A stretch of 63,857 nt of DNA, counting the filler, from Paramecium tetraurelia (Eukaryota): assembly GCA_000165425.1 (NCBI GenBank). It is 7 parts of 5 records of this genome, joined end to end, with 100 filler letters (N's around TTAATTAATTAA, not from the genome) between each part and the next. Parts side by side here need not be neighbours in the genome. Positions count along the whole stretch, not along the records: positions 34,759 to 55,067 come from CT868094.1; 6 more parts are not named here. One strand, given 5' to 3'. This document shows, piece after piece, positions 40,311 through 55,167 of the stretch. Each line of letters starts with the position of its first letter. Position 1 is the stretch's first letter. The position numbers were made by a program, and so were the translations under genes. The notes beneath the pieces were generated by a model. The model saw only the letters and a list, made by a program, of their open reading frames with translations, ran no database searches and was not told the DNA's origin.

Positions 40311-43300
40311 TGTCAACAAATTAGATGACTTCCATAATTCCTCCAAAGTACATGATGTGTAAATAGAAAGATATTTAAAATTTTTTGGAGACTATAAACT
40401 GGCGTATCTCTTAAATACTTGTATGTTTTGATATAGAACAAACTAGGAGATGGAGATTGATTAAAATAATTACTAGTCAACATATAATATGTATAAAATC
40501 TTTTGTTATACATCCTTTACAAGATCTATCTTGATAGTACTAATAAATGTAGGATCAACATTAAAACAATCATTAGTTTGACTCAAAAGTCAGAGGATTA
40601 ATAACAGATATCTTTAGCCTATTATAAACTGTTAAAGCTTTATCCTTGCGATAAAGTTGTATAAGAGTGACAATCTGCACCTAAATTACAAGTATGAGAT
40701 AAACAAGTTAGAAGCTGTTTAAGTTAAGAAGCTAGTTGGAGATAATGTTCTTTTAGAAGTTAAGAGATAAAAGTTTTTTGAAAAGCGTAGTACTAACATT
40801 ATTCAAATAGTGATGTTGACTCAAGTAACACAACAGCAAGATATTAGGAAGTGTTCATAAAATATAATGACAATATTTAGATACAATAGCTGAGGAAGGT
40901 TTACTAAAATCAAGGTAATGACTAAGAATACATGAATCACATAAAGTGCAGAGTTAGTCTATGGAGAGTTTGTAAGCATTTAGCATATTTAACAAATCAA
41001 TTATGATAGCATAAATAGTTTTAATTAAGAAATATCCTTTTGTGCAAGCAGAACAGTATGTAACTTTATAATTGAGTATTTCGTGTNNTTATAATTGAAT
41101 ATTTCGTGTGGGTAATTTTTTGAATTATCACAAGGCATTTTCATTATCTGATAACATTCGGGTTAACTTTGTTAAATTGTGCAATTATTAGAGATTTAAC
41201 ACGAAAAATATCTTTGCAAGAGGAAGTAAGTGCATAACTTATTAAAGTAGAGCAATCAGTACATTTAGGCCAGGTTAATCAACATTTCCCAAATCAATAA
41301 GTGTTTGAATGATAATCAATATGAATAGAGGATTAGAGATGGTGATAGTCATTGTTGAAATTAACTTGCAGCAAAAATGTAATATCTAATCAAAGTACAT
41401 ACTATATTAGATAAAAATTTGAGATCATATTATAAATCAATAAAATTGCTTAAATCAATAGAAACAGCACAATGGCTAGTGAATTACAGAGCTTACAAAA
41501 AGAATGAATACAATTCTGCACATTGTGCAAGCTTAGCATACATTATATATTTCTATGTGTACAAATTTGAGGGCAATTAATAATGGTGAAAAGTATTATT
41601 GCGCATGAAAAATATAATCTTCTTAAGAATTTATATTGATGGGGTATAAGGTGTACAAATTGTATTTCAAAATCAACACAGATTTCAACTATTAATATTA
41701 AATTAATAATCTGCATAAAATGAACCAGAAGTTCTAAAAATGGTAAGGAGTTGAAATAAACATTCAAATTGCTTAATAGGACAGTTCCGAATTTCTTAAG
41801 ACGTAAGAATTGATACTAAAATCATGTATCGTATGCAGCAAATCAAAAACCAAATTGAATTTCAAAGCCATCTAAAATAGATAATGTAATTTTAATCAGT
41901 TTTACAGATTGTTCTATGTTATAACTAATCGTGTCAATTGAACATGCTGATAACTACTTCTCAAATATCTCGTTTTCTCACATATATTTCATTCACTTAA
42001 AGCCATTCCTACTTAAATAATCATGTATAACTCACTAACACATTTAATTAAAAAATCAGTTCTTGTTCAACATGCACTACACAGCTAACCTTAAAATGGA
42101 GCACAAATAATAATCTATTCGAATCACTTTAATAATCAGAACAATATATAAATATATTATTATGATATCAAAGTTTCCTCTAAATTATCGTAGTGGTGAA
42201 TAAACATCTGTATGTCATCCAACCTAGTATGACATCCTTGTTTATTTCTGCTACACAAGGGTTTCTATTATCACATCCTTCATACACTAACTATGCAAAC
42301 CTTTCTTCACTTTTTTTGGTGCTAACAGTGCATTATTTCTTTTGATACCAATACTTTAAGCTTTAAATCAAGAGTGAGTACATTTCTAGTTATATACTGT
42401 AATTCAAGTTTCCAGATAGTTTGAAACTCTGGATTCATTCAAATGTAAAACTGTTTTAAATATGATTTTCAAAGAAAATTCTTAGATTAATAATGCTTGA
42501 TTGAGGCAGCCGTAGATAATTACATCATTAATACTTAACTTTAGAATGAAGGCTCTATCATTCAAATTCAATGCTAGACCTTGTTATTGCATTAGCTTTA
42601 TTCTCCTTAATACTACCTGAATTATTTTATGTTGTACTAGAAGTAATCAATTTTAATCTTTTTGAGAAGATATTAAATGTACTCTACTTGCTCAACCAAT
42701 AAGATATAGTTAGAAGTATAGTTTTTCTGTTTTGAGACTTTCCTGTTCACCATCAATGTGCTGCATGAACCACTTCTTGAATATTTGTTACTCAACTTAT
42801 ATAGGAAGAAGAACGAAATACCAAGTTAATTTTTCGATTTATAACTTTTTAAACAGCAGTCAACCATGTTTTGTTTGCTTCAACATTTCTCTCGCATTCT
42901 TAAACTACAGGTAAATTTCATGGTTAATCAAAATAATGTTCCAAAATAGATGATCTGCAAAAGATGATGATTAACTATATATTTTGATGCTAAATAACTT
43001 TCTCAATCTCTCTATCAATAATGAATGATTGATCTACTATCTAATCCAAAATGCTTTCGAAATGAAAATAGTTATTAATATTCTAGAGGACAATATTCTA
43101 GAAGCTACTATTTTGACAATTATTAATGGTGATTGATCCCTCTAAACACCGATAATACTGTAAATAAGTTTTGTTAGAAATACTGAACCATAACATTAGT
43201 ATATGAGATGTTGATGGCAAAACTCATCATCATTTTTTGCAATACATCTTTTAAGCGGCATTGTGATGCTGGAGATGATAAAATTTTTCCTTTCTTTAAA

Positions 43301-46300
43301 TATAATGCTCATTTACTTAGTTGACTCACAGCTTTAAAGCTTATAGTTTGATGAATTATTTGTTTTTGGGTTTTTTATACTATTGCATTCAAACTTGATT
43401 GATGTTACAATTATATCATATTTTATATCCAGAATCAATCATTCCTTTCCACTTGTACTTCTATGCCTCATTTATTCCATTCTCTCTACTTCTTAGTAAC
43501 ATTAAAATACTTTTTGAATCAAAAAGCCAATGATGTCCATTAGAAATATAGTTATGGATTTAAAAAAATTTTGACAGTTCCACATTCAAAAATTCAGGTC
43601 TACATCTTATATATAGTGCAGAATAAACTACTAATTACAATAATGTTCAATCATTAATATCCTTCTTGCACTGCCTGCAGTGTAGATGCTATAATTGAGG
43701 CAACAAATGCAAATTCTATATATGCTTTACAGTCATATGATCTAGGGGATTTAACTAATGGGCTAAAATAATTGACAATTATATGATGCCTTATTGACTT
43801 GTAATACTTGAAAATTCTTCTACTTCCTTTCTCCAAGAAACGCAATGGAAATACTATCATTGTATATAATGTGCAGATGACTAGGGTGGAGCAATATATT
43901 TGTGATCATTTGTTAATTGAAGCATTAAATTTTTAGATCAGGTAGTGATGATCCATGATTCTTATTATAAATCTAATGATGTATGGAGCCAGTGTTTTAT
44001 TTACTAAAGTTTCAACTTCCAGTACCATTATAACAGTCTTTCAAGAAATAGGTCCAACAATATGTTAGCCTAACTAGCTTTAAATGTGACACCTATCATG
44101 ATGAATCCTATAAAGATACTAATATTTCTAATGCACCTTGTAATGTGTTGGCTAATTGTTCTACTATTAGTTATACTGATCATCTTAATTCAATTAGGTA
44201 GGTAGTGTAGATTGCGATCCTTGTATTAGTGTTATTATGTTAAACATTAAATTTCTAAATCTTATTAAGAATCCCTAGGAATTCCTTCCTATATAGGTAA
44301 GGCGATTCTTGTTTTCGATGTTTCGACTAGCGATAAATAATATAACATCAGAAGGTTTGTTTTGGTGAGGTCAGGAGTTGCGAGCTCTTCCTCAGCTCCT
44401 TTAAATGTTGCACTTCTCTAGTGTCTAGATTTCTAATTTAGCTCCATTTCAATACATTGGTTCAGACTCTCCTCTTGATAAACAGATTCAAGTGGTTGTT
44501 TGGAAAAAGACCATTGGAACCATGATGATTACAATAAACTTGTGTCTTAGAGAAAAATCCATGCATCTTAAATTAAAAAAATTGAGAATTCAACAAAGGT
44601 ATTATCATTCTAAGATGAGGCAGTTAAGAACGTTATTGGTTTGATAATAAGACCTCTTTATTGATTTTCTAATTAAATTAAGGTAATTTGAACACTATTG
44701 ATTTAAACAGGAAAGTGTTAATAATAATGATAATCAGAGGTTCAGCAACAAGGAAAAATGAGTTTTATCAAATTTACTATAAAGTTCATAAACAAAGAAG
44801 TAGAAGGTCTGGTTTTGCTCTTAAATATGAAATAGCGGCGCAAATTAGCGGACAAGAGTTTTGTAAAAATTTGCAATAAATAATGTATCATTTAATCAAG
44901 GAGAAGATAGAATGAATTTATTGCTAAAATTCCATTTAGAGATATAGAAGAATAACTAGTGATAACAGGAATGCGTTATATATAGATTTATTTATATCTT
45001 TGAATACACATCTCCTTAAACATCAGAGAGAAAAAAAGATAAATTTGCACTAAAATTTAGTATTTCAATATTCTCCAAAAATCCTGTAATTTGTACTTAC
45101 TTTGTATTTCTCAACAATATATCTTTCGAATATAGCCCCCAGATTGAACGAAAAGCTCATCTTTATCTCTAAATGAACTTAAGATCTATTTAGTGACCTC
45201 TTCGTTTTCCAATTCCAGCAGCAGCAAGAGAATAGAGCAAACGATCTGTTCCAGAATTATTGGATAAGAATTAACGCTTCTCTTTAATGTTAGAGGCTAA
45301 GCTATAGTTACAAATTTATAAGATTGTAATATATTAATAATTCGTTGGTCATAATGTTGAATTTGTAAAAAGACTGGCATATGAAAAATAAATTTGAGCT
45401 GCTCTAGATCATTTGATATGTAATACTATTCGTGCTTTTATTTCTTTCTTCTAAGCTTTATTTCAGTACTAAATCAATATTACAACCAACACAGATTAGG
45501 GTTTAATTTAAAAGAAGACCCTTTTTAAAAAGTACTCGTTTATGATCTCAAGGATATCAATGTTATTCAATGGCAAACGTAATTAAGTTGAGAGCTCTTA
45601 TAATAATAACGAAAAGAAAAATGCTGTTTACAATATTAGCATAAAATTCAAAAACTAAAATTATTCTTCAATAGCCATTTCTATTCCATGCAAACTTAGT
45701 TGATCCTCTGAGAAGATTATAACATACATATATGAAGGTAACAAAACTAGTTAGACATAATGAAAACAAATCGAAGTTATTTCAAATGGTAGCTAGAGTC
45801 ATTAAAAAGCATTCAGAGATAACTTAAATATTAAATTTAAAATACATTATTTCTCCATTCTATAACCAATTATGAGGATTATATGAAGTTTATTTATGAG
45901 ACCTAAATGTAAATTGTAATAAGATCCTAATAATTAGAAATGTAATCGTAAGAACATTACGAATAATACGAGATAATTGAAGAGTTCTGCAGAATCTCAA
46001 TAATTTAGAATTAATTTACTATTATAACCTCCTTGAAATAAATATTCGCCTGCTATTCTTTTAATCACGGGTGGAGAATAATAGTGAATGCTAATTAATT
46101 AAGTTTATTTTAATTAGGATCAATTTTTCTTTAATTTTCCAAATTGGATTAAACTAATTACTATTCTTTGCTTAATTTCAAAAGCTGGCTAAAAAATATT
46201 AAGTTATTCTAGAAGAATTTAACTATTATAATATATATCAATAGTTTTAGATGTTAGCAACAAGAGAAAGCCCCGAATAAGAAGATAGAATGCTGTTTTA

Positions 46301-49300
46301 ATTAGTGCATTAGAAGACAAGATTTCGCAGATCTTTTATTTTATTAATTCTAGAAGTGCCTACAAAATGATTATTAAGATTAAAATTGTAGATTTCTAGG
46401 AAGCTCATTAGAAGATCCTATTTTAAATTCAAATTTAATGATACCTATCATTTGGTTGTTAAGGATTGCTATCAGTACTCTTTGATGGTAACTAAATGTA
46501 CATATGAGTTAGATGGAATATAATTATGTTGCTAAAGATTGGACTCATCATTAAGAAAACACGAGTAAAAGAAAAAAGACAGTACTAAAGTACGCAGAGT
46601 TAGAAGAATTTACTTTATACTTTCATCTCTAGCGTCCCATCTAAAATATAAATATGGGTAGAATTAATAATACTGATAATTATGCTGGAGATGTCCATGA
46701 AAAGTTTAAATGATTTTGTTAAAATACAATATAAGGATTTTCCAAAAGTTTTAAACTAACTAATCTAAATAGATACTAGCATGAGGTAAGAAGAAAATGA
46801 AATATGGGTAGCTGTTACTACAGAATATAACCTTAAAACTTAATTGCACAATCCATTGTCAATAACTCACAATTTCTAAGAATTTAAGCTTAAAATATGT
46901 TCAAAAATCTTATATTTCATTGCCACAGTCCATCTTAGAATAATGGTTATTATAGCAACTCTCAAATGGGGTGATGAAATTCATTATTCGAAGATTGAAG
47001 TTTGAAATCCATTCTAAACAAGGTTTTGCATGATTAGGTAAGTGCTTAAAAAAAAGGAATTTAAATTAAGAGAATCTTCCATTTCCTTGATTTTTATAGA
47101 TTCCATAAGCGATGCAGATAATAGTATATGATTTCATTTTGGAACTGTGAATTTTCTCAAAACAATTGGAAAAATATCAAAAATTATTTAAAGTTTCTTT
47201 TTCTCTTCTCTTCAAAACGAAGATATTTTTCATCCTATTATTGCACAGAAATTAACCAATGTAACCACTCACTAGAATGAAAATCGAAGAGGATTTTCAT
47301 AATCAATACAATACTTCAATTTTAATTATCATATGGGTAATAAGTTTTGTTAATATTTTATATAAATTTAGTCATCCTCAATTTATGTTAACCTATCCAA
47401 ATAATGGTTGTGTATACAGAAGATGCTATTCTCATCAATTAATATCGATTTTTTTTCTAATATTCTAAATCCTACACTCTTTTTATTTTCTTAAGTCTTT
47501 CTTTATCTATAACTTATTTGATGACTAAACCAATTTTTCTAATGTGATATAATAACAAAAATAAATTCTCTCAGGGGCTTATTATTTTTTAAATTATAAT
47601 TTTCAATGAATAAATCATATAAACAAGGACTTTGAAACTGAATAACTGTATCTAATAAACTTCCTTTCTATAGGATGATTGTTAAGATTATATCGAATCA
47701 GAGGACACTTATTATAACAAGTTATGTTGAGTATCCTAAAGGTATTTCATTATTATTGTAAGGGTGAAAGGAAACCATTATAATTAATTATTTTTTTCTT
47801 AATCTTAAATTTCATTTTTTTAGAGTTTTTTCATTTTAGAGAAGCTCTTCCTTATATAAAGTAAACTGCAATAATATAAGCATTCAGGATAAAGAATAAG
47901 GTATATGTGGAAAATTAGTGCCACTTTAGAATATGAAAATCAAAAGGAGACAAAAGATCATTGTTCTAATTATACAATATGCGTATGCAATTGGATTGCC
48001 TTATTCAAAGCAAAGAAATTATTGAGTAACTTTTCAAGATGAGTTTTAGTATTTATTATTATTCTTTTATTAATGAAGTTTCGATAAAAATTTTGTAAAT
48101 GTGTCATTTGAATAGCTATAAAAAAAATGAATTGCAATCATAATCTAATTGAAATTTAACCTAAAAATTTTCTTTTAAAGCTAATCCATTATAATTTCAT
48201 ATTTTCTCATAAGAAGTAATATTCTAGATTATGTTGAATTTCTAATTTTAATTTCCATTTCTTCAAATTACTTTCATCATTAATCTGTATTCTTGGTTGT
48301 CAAGCGATTTGTTATTTTTAATCTAAAATTCTAAAAAAGAATAGTAGACATGCTAAAATAGGTCTATGAAAAACTATAATGTTATATTACTATTTCATAA
48401 ATAAATAAATAGTAGTTGATGAGAGGGAGGATGAAAAATCTTCCAAAGAATCAGAAAAAGCTAAAGATTGAATATATCTATTGTTAAATTTTGATAAGAA
48501 TAAACCTATATTTCAAAAAGTAAGGTGGGCTTTAAACTATTCATCAGAACTACGCCTTCTCCTTTTTCTAACTTTGAAACCTCTGCCCTTAAATTTCCAT
48601 TTACTAGGAATCTAATTAGTATTATTTTACTTTATAGCTACTTTTTTTATGTTTCATTTGCCTGTGTTATACTTAATTTGGGAGTCATGTATTATTTTTT
48701 TAATTTCTCTGCTGCCTTTGATTAATAAGGGGTTAGCAGATTCGATTAGGTCATAAACTTATCTGAAAATCCTTCTAAAGAATAGATTGATATTTAATGA
48801 GAAACAGTTTAACATTTTAATCGAGACTAGTTTATTTCTTTAGTCACATACTAAATTACGATAAATCTAATTCTCTCTATATATGTATTTTTGAATACCA
48901 ATACTACATTTGGTATTCAAAACATCAATAGCACCACTTTCCTAATGTGAAGTTTCAAATTACTATCAATTGTAGATTTNNNNNNNNNNNNNNNNNNNNN
49001 NNNNNNNNNNNNNNNNNNNNNNNNNNNNNNNNNNNNNNNNNNNNNNNNNNNNNNNNNNNNNNNNNNNNNNNNNNNNNNNNNNNNNNNNNNNNNNNNNNNN
49101 NNNNNNNNNNNNNNNNNNNNNNNNNNNNNNNNNNNNNNNNNNNNNNNNNNNNNNNNNNNNNNNNNNTAATGTTTTTCAATATCATGATAATGCATTCTTT
49201 GTTATCACAAGTAATGTATCAAGTTGTTATCAATAATCCGTTATTGAGATTGAAGAGATTCTATGTGTATATGTATGAGAATTATTTAGACGTAAAAGTA

Positions 49301-49899
49301 GTTTTGTTTGAGAGTATTTTGGAAATATATAAGTGTGCCAATTCTCTCTGAGCAAATGAGAGGAAACCCACCCTTATAACAACACCGTCCATTTTCAACT
49401 CTTAATTATGTGATTCATCACTTTTATCATTAAAACTTCTGTCTGACATTGAAAAATTTGCTTTTCTGGTCAAAGTCAAAGAGTGTGAACTTGCTTTAAT
49501 GATTCTTCCAAAATCATATTCAATCAAAATTTCTGTAGTATATGTCTGAAGATATTTATTCTTTCTATGAAAAGTAATAGTCTTAAACTTATCACTTTAT
49601 TTTCAAATTGAATTTCTATTTATCTTAAAGAACTATACAATATATTCGTCTTAGTGCAAATCTTTATTGTTGATTAATATAAGATTACAGATTTCAAACC
49701 ATCATTCTAAATTATCTTGATCTTCTGAGGAGCAAACAATTTTTATATAAATTAAATTACATTTAAAAATATATCTGTTTGAACTTATAATTGTTCATTT
49801 TATTAATAAGGTCTTTAATGATTTAGTTATCAAGCTCAAGATACTTCTTAAACAATACAGGTTCATTTCTTTAAACATTGTCCAAAATCCATTGAGTTT

Positions 49900-52200
49900 A
49901 ACAACTTTCTGATTTTTTCTATGAGTCGATGTCTGTCAAGGTATGCATATGGTACATAAGTTGGATCTTTTCTCTCTCTATTTTTTGTCAACAAGAACTT
50001 TTCATTCAGAACACCAACACATCAAGGTTAACCTCTTTTTTCTATAATTTCTTAAAATGTTGAGCTGTTCAGCTCATCTTTAAAACTACAAATCCCTACA
50101 TACTACTACTCTGTTGATTAGAAAATGTTATTCACATAAAATCTAAAACCGTTTTCTAGGTTGCTTTTGGTAACTTCAAAGTTAACTTTATGGATTTTCA
50201 ATATTGACACTTCCATTTCTCTGTTCCTTAGCCGAATCATTTTTCATTAGTGGAGCCTCATAGTCCAACTGTAGTTTGACATAAAAAGAGCCTCCGCTTA
50301 GTCACATGACTCAGTGGTGGTAAGATATTGTTCAGATTAAAGAGATAATTACACGAAAAAAGTTATTTTTGTTTAATAGATTTCCAATTCTCATTAATAC
50401 TTCCAAGTGGAGATACAACAACACCAAAATTGTTATAGTTCTTCACCCTAACTATTCATCATTCATTTAGTCCAGGATTTTCTTTTTAACATTAGTCGGA
50501 TAGTTTAACTTTTAGATGTTCACCCTTTAGCCAAAATCCTTTGCTAGATCCAGGAATTAAGTCACCTTGCAATCAGCACAATCTTTACAGGTAGTAATTG
50601 CAACATCATCTGCATATTCAAATAATCTAGTTGCCTTACAAAGATTAGCTCATTTGATTCTTCATAATCTTCTTAACTATGATCTATTTGTTCTTTTGCA
50701 GTCCATTTATCAGCTAATCGATCGAAGTAGATGTTGAACAAATAGGGAGCTGCTTAAAGCTCTTAATGAACTCCATTCTTAAAGTAACTTTTCTTCCATA
50801 ATTTGATTATAAATATACAGTTGTTCATAAATCCAATCTAAGGTGTGTAGTTCTTCTTCTGAGTATTTCTTATCAATTTTTTGGATATAAAAAACTGTCT
50901 TCTCTCCATATTATAAGCAGTTGATAGGTCTAGGAAGAAAGATATTTCCCACTATTAAAACCCTTCGATTTATTCTTAACTTCCTATATTTTAGGAATCA
51001 AATATTATGCAAAGCCTACACGTTATTCAAAACCTATTTGAGGATTGTTAAGTTGTGGAGTGCAAGTATACTTAAACCTCGAAATGAAAAATGCCTCTAT
51101 CAATTTCATAAAATGGCTCATTACCATTATCGGTCTAAACTAACTTCACAGAAAGACATCTAGGTGCAGTTTATTCAGGAAGAGGCTGCATTCTGAAAGC
51201 AAGCTTTATGAGCTCAATAAGTATAGGGGATATCCATTGCATTATTTTGGTTTAAGTAAGGTATCACCTCTCCTAAGTTGACACAAATCAAATGATAGAT
51301 CCTTTTCGTTGGCCATAAGATATCTCACCTAATTCCCATTTAAGATGACCTTCAAATTCTCCTCGTTTCTAAGACATCTAAAGACAGTCTAGAAACCTTG
51401 ATTCTACCGATATTTTGAGGCTTAGATAGCAAAAGATGAATTTTTGGTAATGATTATTTCATACACCATACACTCTCGATTCAAAAAATTCAGGATTGTT
51501 GCATAATAATAAATTATCCTTTAGATTTTAAGCAGGGTGGTCTGCAAGGTCCTACCTGAAATATTCTTTTTCTATTCAAATAAATTTGTCAAAGGATTTT
51601 AACTAGATTCATTCAAAGTAAACATCTTACTTTCTCTTCTGAGTCACCAAGTTCCGCAAAAGCATCGATGGTAAACTCTTTAAAGATTATGTTGAAGCCT
51701 TGAATTTGGAATTCCTGCCGAAGAAGAGTTATTCAGAGCTGTATCTTTATCGACTCCAACCCTCCTAATAATTTTGATACTTCCTTCTTATTAAATAGCT
51801 GATTACTTGGTTTCTTCATCTTTAAGGAAACAACCATCATTTAAAATAACATGTATAAAATAAAATTACTTATTGACCTAATTTAATAGGGTAACTCCAT
51901 ACTAATTTAACAGATCAATGGTTTGTTGAAGATCGCCTTTTAAACCCTATTCAAACATCTAGCTTTAGTGGAAATAAATATTTGTTCAAGCTTCATTAAA
52001 TGTTGAAGGGTTTTTATTGAACAACCATGTGGTTTATAGACCATATAAGATTAGTTGTATAAGAGTATTGATAGCCAAAGAACAATCACTTAATAAAGGA
52101 AAAGATAATTTAAACATTCACAATATCAATATCCCATCATTTTAGAAAAGGATTTTTTTTTGTAAATTAGTTGGGATATCAATTTATGTGAATAACTCAC
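49900..52200 (-). mobile_element. Decayed non-LTR (LINE-like) retrotransposon, reverse transcriptase ORF
   Basis: Reverse strand gives FFLDLSTAYNMER (about 50939-50900), KNGVHQELQAAPYLFNIYFD (about 50781-50720), LFEYADDVAI (YADD at 50616-50605) and VRVKNYNNFGVVV (YLG-like, about 50455-50415), plus a C-terminal CxxC..H near 49960-49920. Many stops and frameshifts; ends are approximate. Confidence 0.85.
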
Positions 52201-53999
52201 CAGGCAGTGGATTATCGAAAGGAATATCAAAAGCAAGGCTTATTTGAATTAGCAAGTAGAAGAAATCTACAACGAGCAGAGATATTTGACTTTCTAACGA
52301 AATGATGACTTAATTCATAAAAGAATGAAAAAGGAACTAAAGGAAGTACTAAGTTATATAGATTTTTGATCAGATCTTTCACCCTTGCAAAATGATAGCC
52401 TTTACATTTGAGTTACCATATGGGAAGAAATTCAAAGTAATTGGCTTGGTAGAAAGTAAGTTCCTAGCTGCTTTGATAGAGGTGGGAATTGATCATTTAC
52501 AATAACATATATATAACTAAATGAACCTTTGAACCAATTGAATTCGTTTATATTAACATGAGGGTAATTCAAATATGCTTACTCTGCAGATACTTACTAT
52601 TGAGCCACTAGCAAGGATAAAGGAGGATGTCTATTATTATTTATTCAGCAGGAATTACAATAAGATTTTATCCTAATTTGATATCCTACATAGGAAAATA
52701 AGAGCCGATGATATATCATAAAAAATAATTTAATTTGAATATTTCGCTTATTGGAAAATTTCAAGAAATATTTCATTAATAAATTAATATCCTGTGGGTG
52801 CTTATTATTGGAAATTTTTCAAACTAAATTATAAGTTGTATACTAATGGCAATTATATTGAAATTTAGGCTCTTGCTAGGGAAGACAGATCTAGGAATTT
52901 CGTAATTTTAGATATGTTTATCAACCAAATTGTTGCATTTCGAAAATAATTTATGAAGTAGAAAAAATGTCATAATATTTTGAATGAATGAATGAATAAT
53001 GGGATATTAGGAAAATAATTTCAACTTATTTATAACGATATCCTTAGAATAATAATGAGGTACTGCTTTAGACTAATAAAAATCTAATATTTGATAATAC
53101 ACGATTTGAATGCTCATTAAAGACAGTTATAAAGAGTTATAATTGGGCCCATGTTAATAAGTTAATTAATCAATGTAGCATTTGAAATACTACATCATAA
53201 TCCACAAAAAGTATAAGTTTTGAATTCACGATTAGATAATTTAGAATTTTTGATATCTAACTTTTGATAATAAAATCTTTTAACTTAACAAATTTATCTC
53301 TAATAGTTAATTACCATAAATTGCATTATTTTACATCAATGTGCTGAAATAAAAATTTCCTTGATTGAGATTTTCAAAATTCTATTTGACCTATATAATT
53401 TTGAATCCTTTTTCAGACATTATTTTATTTTCTTTGGATAGCATTAGAGTTTTGTTCAAAATCAAACTTTCTTTCTTTTGGATTTATTGAGTTTATGTAG
53501 CGATTGTCAATCAAATAACTTTTTGAAATTTATTCAAATTCTTTTTTTATAATAAATTTTATTTTAAATTATATCTGATAGTGTTCTCANNNNNNNNNNN
53601 NNNNNNNNNNNNNNNNNNNNNNNNNNNNNNNNNNNNNNNNNNNNNNNNNNNNNNNNNNNNNNNNNNNNNNNNNNNNNNNNNNNNNNNNNNNNNNNNNNNN
53701 NNNNNNNNNNNNNNNNNNNNNNNNNNNNNNNNNNNNNNNTGGGAAAAAATTTTTAATAAAAAAATGTGTTGTAAAAAAAAACCTAATTTCAGACCCCTTT
53801 TGTGACTCCCAACTTTATTTTCGGATACGGTTTTTGGGAAGGAGGGAGACCATGAAAGGTTTTCAAGTTAAAATATTATTTCTATGGGGGATTTTGAACC
53901 CAAAAAAGGGGAAAGGGGGGGACCAACTCCTGAACAAGATGGATATCAAAGTTTTGGCTCAAATAATACAATTGATGAAATTGTTTTCTGCCAATAAAC

Positions 54000-54660
54000 C
54001 AATCAAATTCAATAAATAGGTGACTAATAGTGCAAGTCACTTTTTGAAAGAATGACACGAACAGCCTTCATCATTATTTAAATATAGGAGCTAAAGAGAA
54101 ATATAAGAACAATATTACACAGATGAAGATCGAGAAGAAATATTAGGACTGGTCAAAGTATGTAGAAAACATTATGGGAAAAGGGAAATCATAACAGTAA
54201 AAGAATAGTCTTAATCAATAGCAAAACGCAAAGAGACTCCATTAATAGATGAGAAATTAACCTAGGAATATTTCAAACAACTCGCAGAAAGGGAGGTGAT
54301 GATCATTTTCAATTTAGACTCAGTTAGAAGTCAACATTAATTCTACAAACTGATTATCCATTAATAAGAGTAGTCATCAAAGTGAAATGTGAAGCAGAAG
54401 GCAAATAAAAAATATATTCAAGAAGGGAGAGTTTAAAAGTAGCACATGAGCAGAAGGGGTAAAGGAGGTTTAAGAAATAACTTTGCTACATTTCATTGAT
54501 CTTTGAAAGGGGAGACTTGTGTGAACTATCTGACACTTTATCTCAATCAATCAATATGAGAGTATAAAGAGAGACTTATTAAAACAACCACTCAATAAAA
54601 TTATAAAAGTATTAGAGCGATGTACTAAATTTATAACCTAATAAGGACTCTTTTGAAGGT
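54000..54660 (+). mobile_element. Possible second, heavily decayed LINE RT fragment
   Basis: QGGLRNNFAT-like segment followed by FIDL*KG at about 54455-54515 recalls the Q.GF...T / FIDL.KAFD motifs. The sequence is purine-rich and disrupted. Confidence 0.3.
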
Positions 54661-55167
54661 TTTTGAAATATACTTGTGAGAAATGATAGAAAGTTAAAAA
54701 ATATAATATTATAATAATATATAATAAACAATTTTCAATGTGTTGAATACTCAATGTTTTTAGGTTCTCAAAAAGTAACTATATTTAATCAATTTTCAAA
54801 ATAGTTTTGTCAGTCAATATAGGATTAAGGAGTTGTAAGTAGAAGGTGATTTTCCTAGGGTTTGAATAGTAGAGCAAATCTTTCCTATTGGGGCAGATGC
54901 TTCCTATTTTAAATATTTTTTAATCGAAAATCATTTGAAGTTTATTTTAAGTATTAATTCCAATAGTTTATCATCAAACTTGCTAATAATATCCTTAAAA
55001 GGTGGTTGTTACCAAATATTCTAGATATGGAATTTTAAAAGGGAAGAAGTTGGCATTTTAAATAAACNNNNNNNNNNNNNNNNNNNNNNNNNNNNNNNNN
55101 NNNNNNNNNNNTTAATTAATTAANNNNNNNNNNNNNNNNNNNNNNNNNNNNNNNNNNNNNNNNNNNN

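Noticed and set aside
41061..41110. Direct repeat TTATAATTGA(G/A)TATTTCGTGT
   Set aside because: It flanks an 'nn' gap and is a likely contig-overlap artefact.
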